The notes beneath the pieces were generated by a model. That model did no database searches and was not told the origin of the DNA. It was given only the letters and a program-made list of their open reading frames with translations. Made by a program: the position numbers and the translations under genes. Below are positions 56,500-64,000 of a DNA stretch of 64,000 nt, one piece after another (within the stretch, counting starts at the first letter, position 1; each line of letters opens with the position of its first letter). Source of the DNA: an uncultured delta proteobacterium (lineage in GTDB: Bacteria; Myxococcota_A; Polyangia; Polyangiales; Houyiibacteriaceae). The stretch spans positions 255,006 to 319,005 of the forward strand of contig CAWFPD010000013.1 of the NCBI GenBank assembly GCA_963817725.1, in the 5' to 3' direction.

Positions 56500-57159
56500 C
56501 TATACGTGCGATCCCGCCCTAGCGGCAAGACGCCGCGCCCAAAGAAGAAGCAAGATCGGAAAGAGCCCGAGCCCGCGTACGTCCCCGGCTCCCGCTTGGC
56601 ATCCAGTGCCGCCGTTGCTGGTAGTGCCGGCGTCGATTCCAAGGCCAGCATCCGGTGCGCCGCCTACGCGCAAGACGAGGTCGGCGCATTGATAGTAGAT
56701 GTCGTTCCCCGGTGTCGTATATGGCGGCTTGTCGTACATCACCTGGATCACTTGCAAGGTGCAGTTGTCGCAGGTGACGTCAGGCAGGGTGACGGTTGCG
56801 ACATAATCCCGCTCGCCAGGTCCTTTGTCGGCGATTCCATCCAGAAGCACGGCATCGTTCGAGTAGAGCTCCATCATCGTTGCGGGGTCGACGAAATCAT
56901 CATCGCCATCCTGGTCGAACGCGATCCGGTAATGGGCAGGGTGGTCGATGTATTCTTGCCAGCGCACTTCGATGGTCTGACCGGGCTCGAAATACGAGAC
57001 ATTGTCCGTGCGCTGACCGCCGCTGACACCGCATGGGCCGGTCTTGAGCACGTCGGGGCCATACCTGGAGGTGGGCATGGTCAAATCCAAATGCGCGCTG
57101 GCCACCCCCGGCCAGAGAGCCGCGAACACGATCAACGAAGCGGCGATGAGAGCTGACAT
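56500..57159 (-). CDS. Secreted His-brace (LPMO-like) protein with MYXO-CTERM-like anchor
   Basis: Signal ASA|H gives N-terminal His; K.GPCG, IDHP, CDNCTLQ, YYQCADL; tail GCQAG...LLLLWARR. Confidence 0.75.
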   Translation of the reverse strand: MSALIAASLIVFAALWPGVASAHLDLTMPTSRYGPDVLKTGPCGVSGGQRTDNVSYFEPGQTIEVRWQEYIDHPAHYRIAFDQDGDDDFVDPATMMELYSNDAVLLDGIADKGPGERDYVATVTLPDVTCDNCTLQVIQVMYDKPPYTTPGNDIYYQCADLVLRVGGAPDAGLGIDAGTTSNGGTGCQAGAGDVRGLGLFPILLLLWARRLAARAGSHV

Positions 57160-57262
57160 GAGAGCATCCTAACGCCGCGTCCTGGCGAAAGCCGGTTTGT
57201 GACATTGGCGCGGATCCGCGTCGGCTTGATTCCCGCCCCCTCTAGGCAGTAAGCAGGGAGAT

Positions 57263-57802
57263 ATGTTGCGTGTCGCAGTCGTGTTCATGCTGCTCTCATT
57301 GACGTTGGCCTGCCAACGCTCGAAGATCGATGAGTCCAAGTGGAAGGTCGCAGGCGCCGAAGCTGTGGGGCCCTTCAAGAAACAGCTCAAGGAGGCGCTC
57401 GTCGCGGGTCTGCAGGAGGGGCCTGTCCAAGCAATTTCAGTCTGCCAAGTCAAGGCGCCAGAGCTGGCCGAACGAGCTGGCTCGCCGACCGTGAAAGTGG
57501 GTCGCAGCAGCGACAAGTTGCGCAACCCATCCAATGCGCCGAAACCCTGGATGAAACCGTTTCTGGACCAATACGAAAACCATCCTGACCAACGCGAGCC
57601 CGCGGCGGTTCTAATCGACGCAAACACCGTGGGCTATGTCGAGCCGATTTTCGTACAGCCTCTGTGCGTGACCTGCCACGGCGCCCACCTGGCGCCCGAT
57701 GTTCAGGCGAAGCTCGAGGAGCTGTATCCCAACGATCGGGCTACGGGCTATGCGGCGGGTGACTTTCGTGGGATTTTCTGGGCAGAGCTCGCGCGGAAGT
57801 AG
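57263..57802 (+). CDS. DUF3365/Tll0287-like monoheme cytochrome c lipoprotein
   Basis: Lipobox TLAC, RNPSNAP, CVTCHG, YPNDRATGY..GDFRG. Confidence 0.82.
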   Translation: MLRVAVVFMLLSLTLACQRSKIDESKWKVAGAEAVGPFKKQLKEALVAGLQEGPVQAISVCQVKAPELAERAGSPTVKVGRSSDKLRNPSNAPKPWMKPFLDQYENHPDQREPAAVLIDANTVGYVEPIFVQPLCVTCHGAHLAPDVQAKLEELYPNDRATGYAAGDFRGIFWAELARK

Positions 57803-57820
57803 TGGCTCACGAAGGCTCCG

Positions 57821-58216
57821 TCAGCCCATCGTCGCGACACTCTCCGGATCGATGTAGTACAGGACCCGCACTTCGCCAGGTTGGCGAAAAGGGTACTCGT
57901 CGACACCCATGTACTTCTTTGCCATTCGGTTGATGTGCTCGTCCGCTCCATCTTTGGTGATCTTCGACACGCGGCCTCGAATCATCAAGCACCGGTAGGG
58001 GTTTTCCGGGTCGGCCACCGAGATGGCTACGCGAGGATCCCGGCGTATGTTCCGGTCTTTCACGCGGCCCTCTGCCGAGTTGACGACCAGCTGAGACCCA
58101 TCCGTGTCTATCCATACGGGGCTCGACTGCGGGCCACCATCCGCCATCAGCGTCGACAGATGTGCGAACGAGGGCTTTTTTAGAATATCAGCAAATGCTT
58201 TCGGTATTTCCTTCAT
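57821..58216 (-). CDS. PPOX-class (split beta-barrel) putative F420-dependent oxidoreductase
   Basis: AHLSTLMADGGPQSSPVW...KDRNIRRDPRVAISV...KKY...YP. Confidence 0.82.
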   Translation of the reverse strand: MKEIPKAFADILKKPSFAHLSTLMADGGPQSSPVWIDTDGSQLVVNSAEGRVKDRNIRRDPRVAISVADPENPYRCLMIRGRVSKITKDGADEHINRMAKKYMGVDEYPFRQPGEVRVLYYIDPESVATMG

Positions 58217-58283
58217 GAAGCGACTCCTTGACCTTCCAGACGAATTTCACCGGTTTCGCCGTTGACCTCGCGGAGTCTAGCAC

Positions 58284-60482
58284 TCACTGCAGAGGGACGA
58301 CGATGGTGGAGGTTTCAGGTCCCATTTGCTGAAAGTTGCCGCTGTCCGTTACCACGATCACCTCGATCGTGCGCTCGGGTCTGGGCCGCGATCCTTCCTC
58401 CGAGGCGATGCGAAGCTCGACCGCGTCGCCTACTCGTTCAGCCTCATAGCTGGTGAGGAGGTAATCTCCTTGTCGATAGCCGTAGCCATCGCCGTCGTCC
58501 TCGTAGAGCGACCCCAGGGCTCGCCCTTCGATATCGAGCGATACCAATAGGGTCAGCGGCTCGAGCTGCGCCTGGGCGGTGCTCTGCACGATCCGGCCCA
58601 AGGGGACGATGGCACCTCCTCGGATCTTGAGGACTGGGAGCTCCGGCATCTGCGCAGTGTCCTCACCGACCAGCGTGATCTCGCGCCAGATTTCCGAAGG
58701 CGTTTGGAAGACGTGTGCATCGCCGTCCGTCAAACGGGGCAAGACCAAGACGTCGGCGCCGATCAAGAACGCATGGTCTTCGCTCCGGAGCGACAGATTC
58801 GCAGGGTCCGCGAAGAACACCGGACGCCATACCGGTAATCCGTCGACGGACGCCTCGCGAAACAGAGTGTAGAGGTACGGCAGCATTCGATACCGGCGTT
58901 CGATTGCCAACCGCGAGACGGCTTCCACCTCGGGTCCGAACGACCATGGCTCTTGATCCGGTGAAAATCGCATCGTGTGGGTACGGCTGAAAGGGAAGAG
59001 CGCACCAACGCCGATCCAGTGCGCATACAGGTCGGGGCTCGGTGCGCCCCAGAAGCCACCGATATCCGGTCCTGCGAACGGCTGTCCCGACAGCCCCATG
59101 TTGAGCGTCATCGTCACCGACCAGTAGAGATGATCCCAGGTCGCGGAGTTGTCTCCGGTCCACATCGCAGCGTACCGTTGTCCGCCGATGTAGTTCGAGC
59201 GCGACAGCAAGAATGGGCGGCGCTCCGGGCGCGCGGCCTTCATCCCGTCGTAGGTGGCGCGTGCCATCAGCAGTCCATAGACGTTGTGGTAGCGGGCGTG
59301 AGTGTCTGGCGGAAGGTCTTGGCCGCCCTTGTGGATCAGATCGTCGGGAAACGAGGCTCCGGGGGGAACCACAATCGACGGCTCGTCGAGGTCGATCCAA
59401 AGCCCGTCCATGCCGTTTTCGAGGAATCCGGCGATGTAGCGTTGCCACCACTGACGGGTGTCTGGGCTCGTGTAGTCGGGCCAGACCGAGTCCCCGGGCC
59501 AGCTCCCTGCGACGAAGATCTCTCCATCGGACCCGCGTAGGAAATGGTCATCCACGAGCCCCTCGTCGTATACGAAGTACCCCGGATCGACCTTCACGCC
59601 CGGATCCAGAATCCACACCGATTTGAATCCATTGTCGTGCAAGTAGTCGTTCAGTCCGTGTGGGTCCGGAAACAGCATCTCGTCGAAGGTGAAGATTCGG
59701 AACCCGTCCATGTAGTCGATGTCGGCCCAAAGCACGTCGCATGGAATCGACCGGGCGCGGAACTCGTCGGCGATTTCGATGATGCGGGTGTCAGGGACGT
59801 ACGACCAGCGTGCTTGTTGATAACCGAGCGCCCAAATGGGTGGAAGCTCGATGGTTCCGGTCATTCCGCTCAACTTGGTGAGCACCTCCTGGGGAGACTC
59901 TCCTTGGATCACGATCACCGGGAAAGGCACTGGGGCGGAAAAGCCGATGCCTTTGGTGAGATCCACGCGGGTGCGATACGTCGTATCTGCCAGCACGCCA
60001 AACGAGGATCCGTCGGGACGGACGGCGAGAACCCACGGGTGCGCCTGATAGAGATTCGGGAGCTGGTCGTCATACTCGAACAAAGACGATCCCTCCGGAG
60101 GGTTCTCCCGAAACGGTTGCTCGGTCCAAACCTCCGTCACCGAGCCATTTCGTAAGAGAGGACCGGCAATTTCGCCGGTTCCGTAAAGGCTCGTGCCTTC
60201 TTCGATTGCGATCGCCGCTCCAAACCCATCGCCTAGCTTCGAAAACGTGGGGGTGTTGGGCCAGTTTCCTGGTATGCGGCCTCGAGTCAGCTTGGGCTCG
60301 GCGAATGCCATCGAGACAGGCAACGTTTCGCAGGCGACGTCTGCGGGGCTGAACCGTGCGATACCGTCACCGATGAGCCCTTGCGCCTGGGGGCACGTGC
60401 TCGATGCCTCGGTGCACGCGGCCACAGCCACGAGGACGATGACAGCTGCGAAGCGTGGGTTTTCCAACACAGGGGATTGCAT
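58284..60482 (-). CDS. GH31 alpha-glucosidase-like lipoprotein
   Basis: WALGYQQARWSY, DIDYMDG, GLWIDLDEP, YHNVYG, WTGDN, GPDIGGF, YEDDG. Confidence 0.9.
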   Translation of the reverse strand: MQSPVLENPRFAAVIVLVAVAACTEASSTCPQAQGLIGDGIARFSPADVACETLPVSMAFAEPKLTRGRIPGNWPNTPTFSKLGDGFGAAIAIEEGTSLYGTGEIAGPLLRNGSVTEVWTEQPFRENPPEGSSLFEYDDQLPNLYQAHPWVLAVRPDGSSFGVLADTTYRTRVDLTKGIGFSAPVPFPVIVIQGESPQEVLTKLSGMTGTIELPPIWALGYQQARWSYVPDTRIIEIADEFRARSIPCDVLWADIDYMDGFRIFTFDEMLFPDPHGLNDYLHDNGFKSVWILDPGVKVDPGYFVYDEGLVDDHFLRGSDGEIFVAGSWPGDSVWPDYTSPDTRQWWQRYIAGFLENGMDGLWIDLDEPSIVVPPGASFPDDLIHKGGQDLPPDTHARYHNVYGLLMARATYDGMKAARPERRPFLLSRSNYIGGQRYAAMWTGDNSATWDHLYWSVTMTLNMGLSGQPFAGPDIGGFWGAPSPDLYAHWIGVGALFPFSRTHTMRFSPDQEPWSFGPEVEAVSRLAIERRYRMLPYLYTLFREASVDGLPVWRPVFFADPANLSLRSEDHAFLIGADVLVLPRLTDGDAHVFQTPSEIWREITLVGEDTAQMPELPVLKIRGGAIVPLGRIVQSTAQAQLEPLTLLVSLDIEGRALGSLYEDDGDGYGYRQGDYLLTSYEAERVGDAVELRIASEEGSRPRPERTIEVIVVTDSGNFQQMGPETSTIVVPLQ

Positions 60483-62480
60483 CTACGGGGTCACGATGTT
60501 GAACGTGCCTTTGGGTTTGTCGAAGAGGCGGAAAAAGCTCAACAAGTCGAGCCGGCTTCCCTCGACTTTCAAGTCGTCCGAAAAAAGCGTGTCCTTGAGA
60601 CCGGCTTTCCCGACGATCATCCGCAGATAGAGGTCGTGTGTGATCTTGAGCGAGGCGTTTGCGCCGGGGTGCGGATCGCGTTCGTGATAGTGTAAAACGG
60701 AGTTCACCAGATCGAGAACGAACGTCTTGTCCAGGTCGGTGAACGTCAAGTTGATGATCATCCGCTTCCCAGCTGCCTTGGATGCGTCCAGGCGGACCGC
60801 CATCGCATCCAGGAACCGCTCCACGGGAGTATGTTTGATCATGCCCATCGCAGAAGCCAGGTCGATACCGTGGTCGGGACCCCCGTGGCGCAGCTCGAAG
60901 GCTCCGGTCAGATACACGTCGCGCCACGGTCCGGACTCCGCTTGATAGCCGAGCTGGTCGTAGGTTTTGGCCAAGAGCTCCCTGGCCTCTTCATTTTCCG
61001 GATCGGCGAACACCAGGCGGTTTACCAACTCGGCGACCCAACGGTAGTCACCGCTCTCGTAGGCAGCGCGTGCTCGTTCGAGCAGATTCGCGGCGCCTCC
61101 TGCCAGCTCCACGTACCGCTTGCCGGCTTCGGCCGGTGGAAGGGGATCGAGGTTGGCGGGGTTGCCGTCATACCAGCCGAAGTAGCGTTGGTAGACCGCC
61201 TTGGCGTTGTGCTTGAGTGTGCCGTAATAGCCTCGGTTGAAGAAGGGGGTGCGCAATGATTTCGGGAGCTCCAACTGCTCGGCGATCTCTTTCGGCGTGT
61301 ACCCTAGAAGCGCGAGGCGCAACGTCTGATCATGGATGTACTTATATAAATCCCTCTGCTTTTCGAGGAACTCGGTGATGCGTGCGTTGCCCCAAATCGG
61401 CCAGTGATGGCTGCCAAAATAGACTTCCGCATCACCGAACATCGAGATGATTTCGTCGATATATCCACTCCACTTGACCGCATCGCGCACCTTGGCGCCA
61501 CGAAGCGTGTAGAGATTGTGCATGTTGTGTGAAACGACCTCGGCGCCGCAAAACGCTTTTCGGTCGGGGAGGTAGAACGTCAGCTCAGTCGGCGCCTCCG
61601 ATTCTGGCGCATATTGAAAAATGAATCTCACGCCGTCGATGGTCATCTCCGTAGGCGTCGTCGAAACGGAGGCGGTCGGCTGATGGATTCCGAACGTTCC
61701 TACCGCAGGGCCCTTTCCGAGGCCGGAGCCGACGTGACCCCTTTCGTTGCGAGGCAGTCGCGACCCGTACATGAACATCGATCGGCGGCTCATCGTCACC
61801 CCAGCCACGATGTTTTCGCTCGTGGCTTCCTCGATGAAAGACTCGGGGGCGATGATCGGGATCTGGCGCTGTGCCATCTCGTCTACGGAGAGAATGCCCA
61901 GGGAACCGCCGAAGTGATCGATGTGGCTGTGGGTGAAGATGACGGCAGATACCGGCTTGTCTCCCAAGTGCTCGCGCGCAAACGCGATGGCTGCACGCGC
62001 CGTCTCCTCGCACGTGAGCGGATCGACCACGATCCAGCCCGTCTCACCTTCGATCAGGGACATGTTGGCGAGGTCGAAACCGCGGAGCTGGTAAACACCC
62101 TTGGTCACCTCGAACAATCCGTGAATGTCGTTCAGCTTTTCCTGCCGCCAGAGGCTGGGGTTGACGCTTGGTCGCGGTTCCCCGTCGATGAAACTGTACG
62201 ACGTGACGTCCCAGATCATCGTACCATCCGCGGCAGTCACCCGCAGCTCCGGGTCGCTTGCAATCAACCCACGACGAGCGTCTTCGAAATCCTGTGGGTC
62301 GCTCAAGGGCAGGCTCTCGGCCACCGCTGCGTTGTGGGCTGCCGTTTCGGCTGTCGGTGCGGTGTTGCCGGCCGCATCGGGACCCATCCCGGTCGAATCA
62401 AAAACCGGAGCCGGCTTGGTTTCTTTGCAGGCGCTCAGCGCGAGCAGCAGCGCTGCCACACGTACGGTTCGGGGTCCCAT
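60483..62480 (-). CDS. Alkyl sulfatase (SdsA1/BDS1-like MBL fold) lipoprotein
   Basis: Lipobox LSAC, RGFDLANM, THSHIDHFGG, HNLYTLRGAKVRD, SHHWP, GWYDGNPANL, C-terminal SCP2-like domain. Confidence 0.92.
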   Translation of the reverse strand: MGPRTVRVAALLLALSACKETKPAPVFDSTGMGPDAAGNTAPTAETAAHNAAVAESLPLSDPQDFEDARRGLIASDPELRVTAADGTMIWDVTSYSFIDGEPRPSVNPSLWRQEKLNDIHGLFEVTKGVYQLRGFDLANMSLIEGETGWIVVDPLTCEETARAAIAFAREHLGDKPVSAVIFTHSHIDHFGGSLGILSVDEMAQRQIPIIAPESFIEEATSENIVAGVTMSRRSMFMYGSRLPRNERGHVGSGLGKGPAVGTFGIHQPTASVSTTPTEMTIDGVRFIFQYAPESEAPTELTFYLPDRKAFCGAEVVSHNMHNLYTLRGAKVRDAVKWSGYIDEIISMFGDAEVYFGSHHWPIWGNARITEFLEKQRDLYKYIHDQTLRLALLGYTPKEIAEQLELPKSLRTPFFNRGYYGTLKHNAKAVYQRYFGWYDGNPANLDPLPPAEAGKRYVELAGGAANLLERARAAYESGDYRWVAELVNRLVFADPENEEARELLAKTYDQLGYQAESGPWRDVYLTGAFELRHGGPDHGIDLASAMGMIKHTPVERFLDAMAVRLDASKAAGKRMIINLTFTDLDKTFVLDLVNSVLHYHERDPHPGANASLKITHDLYLRMIVGKAGLKDTLFSDDLKVEGSRLDLLSFFRLFDKPKGTFNIVTP

Positions 62481-62538
62481 GCCAAAGCGTCTTTACATTT
62501 TGTTGAGAGTCTTTACAACAGCCTCCGAGGACGAACCC

Positions 62539-63564
62539 TTGGCCCTGCAGGAGCATTTCTACAACCGCTACGTGGAGTTGGACCCCTTCCTCGATGAAGA
62601 GCAGGCCCATGCGCTGGTGCGGCTTTGCGAAAACTTCGGAAGCTACGGCATGTACTCGGAGGAAGGGCTCAACCAGGGTATCGGCGAAGGGCTTCCCCAG
62701 CGTTTTGACGCAGCATTCAACTTCTTGCGGACGGGTGGCAGGCTGGGGCGGCGGGACCAGGACCTCGGCACGCTCGTCGCCAGGACCAACTATTTTCGAG
62801 AGACGTATGCCTACGGCGACGAGATCTTCGCGCCTGGCATCGAGCCTCTCCATCGAAACGAGCGTCTCGTCGAGGCGGCCAAACAGCTCTTCGATCGTCC
62901 GATCGTCGAGCCGGCCATCGTCTATGCGAACATCCTGCTTCCGGGCCAGGAGCTTGCCGTCCATACGGACGTGCCGGAGTTTCGGGGCATCAACCGGAAG
63001 CTTCATCCCCAGTGGCTTCTCGTGGTCATGCACCACTCGGGCCTGTTCGACGCATACCGCATGCCCATCGCGACCTCGGTATCTTGGTACCAAGAGACGA
63101 ATGGAGGCGAGTTCGCCTTTTATCCCGATGGAAGCGACGGGCCTGCCCGAACGTTCGACGTGCGCTTCAACACCGCGGTCCTCATGGATACCGACAGCGT
63201 GTTTCACGGCGTCGACCGTGTGAGGGAAGTCGACCGGCCCATGCCTAGCTTTCTGCCGCGAATGCGTCTGCAGGCGATAGGCAACGGCCGTTGGGTGGTG
63301 CGTGACGGGGATGAAGAAGTCGGGCGATACCGCTGGGAAGACATGCGTTTTTCCATCTCCTGGAAGGCGTATTGTTTTCTGGACGAAGCCGAGCGAGAGG
63401 CGTGGCGTTCTCATGCGAACGACTTGAGCATCGACTCGGTGCTCGACACGCTTTGCGCGGACCTCCGAGAGCGAGGACGCATGGAAGAGGACCGACTGCC
63501 CAACCGGGAGTTGGCGGAGCTTTTGGTCGATGAATACCTGAAGTTCCCACCCGCCGTTGCGTGA
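62539..63564 (+). CDS. 2OG-Fe(II) oxygenase-like protein
   Basis: HTD...GGEF...DSVFHGV facial-triad pattern; SD GAGGA before TTG 62539 (alternative ATG 62479). Confidence 0.65.
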   Translation: MALQEHFYNRYVELDPFLDEEQAHALVRLCENFGSYGMYSEEGLNQGIGEGLPQRFDAAFNFLRTGGRLGRRDQDLGTLVARTNYFRETYAYGDEIFAPGIEPLHRNERLVEAAKQLFDRPIVEPAIVYANILLPGQELAVHTDVPEFRGINRKLHPQWLLVVMHHSGLFDAYRMPIATSVSWYQETNGGEFAFYPDGSDGPARTFDVRFNTAVLMDTDSVFHGVDRVREVDRPMPSFLPRMRLQAIGNGRWVVRDGDEEVGRYRWEDMRFSISWKAYCFLDEAEREAWRSHANDLSIDSVLDTLCADLRERGRMEEDRLPNRELAELLVDEYLKFPPAVA

Positions 63565-63608
63565 TCCGCGGCTGCACGAACCTGCCAGACCTGGTACACC
63601 TGCTTCAG

Positions 63609-64000
63609 ATGGAGCTCTACGACCGGTACATCCTGCCAACCGTCATCCACCTGGCTTGCTCATCGAAGCCCAACATGAAGCAGCGAGAGAAGGTCGTTCC
63701 ACTGGCGGAGGGCGAGGTCCTCGAAATCGGGCTCGGGAGCGGGTTGAACGTTCCCTACTACGACACGACCAAAGTGCGGAAGGTTTGGGGTCTCGAGCCT
63801 TCCGAGGGGATGCGGAAGCTGGCCAGGAAGAAGCTCGCAGACTCGACGCTCGAGCTCGAGATGATCGATCTTCCTGGAGAGGAGATCCCGCTCGAGTCGA
63901 GCAGCGTCGACACGGTGGTGATCACCTACACGCTTTGTTCGATTCCGGATGCCGAACGCGCGCTCAAAGGCGTTCGACGTGTCCTTCGTCCTGGCGGCCG
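63609..64000 (+). CDS. Class I SAM-dependent methyltransferase, partial (runs off window end)
   Basis: Manual translation MELYDRYILP...VLEIGLGSGLN...GLEPS...VDTVVITYTLCSIP...RVLRPGG. Confidence 0.88.
   Translation, partial: MELYDRYILPTVIHLACSSKPNMKQREKVVPLAEGEVLEIGLGSGLNVPYYDTTKVRKVWGLEPSEGMRKLARKKLADSTLELEMIDLPGEEIPLESSSVDTVVITYTLCSIPDAERALKGVRRVLRPGG

Noticed and set aside
62478-62481. Head-to-head overlapping ATG starts (CATG) of the sulfatase and oxygenase
   Set aside because: A better start with SD GAGGA exists at TTG 62539, so the overlap is probably coincidental

Overview
High-GC bacterial chromosomal segment, most likely Myxococcota (inferred from MYXO-CTERM-type C-terminal anchors and many Gly/Thr/Ser-linker lipoproteins). 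It is gene-dense (~65 CDS). I found no rRNA, tRNA, CRISPR array or mobile element. The most striking feature is a translationally coupled minus-strand RiPP-like operon at 3.9-7.1 kb. It encodes a 69-aa precursor with a twin-arginine/YxxP leader and five exact C-x-P-x-x pentapeptide repeats, a radical SAM/SPASM-type maturase, a stand-alone PqqD/RRE, an HPr-kinase-like protein and a methyltransferase. It is followed by a duplicated-domain EGF lipoprotein and a convergent nucleotidyltransferase, and it has no protease or ABC exporter. Beside it are a candidate ~110-nt sRNA (promoter plus terminator) and an RRM gene that apparently starts at ATC. The rest of the window holds lipid/acyl-CoA genes, menB, amtB, a complete A/V-type ATPase operon (H-I-K-E-C-F-A-B-D), msrA/sirtuin/GNAT/DJ-1, nadE, a beta-helix + diheme cytochrome + peroxidase lipoprotein trio, ppk1, two GH31 lipoproteins, a TMTC-like GT-C/TPR protein, metF, a His-brace MYXO-CTERM protein and an alkyl sulfatase. 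All product calls come from motif recognition by eye, not database searches. Several start codons were moved from the ORF track.
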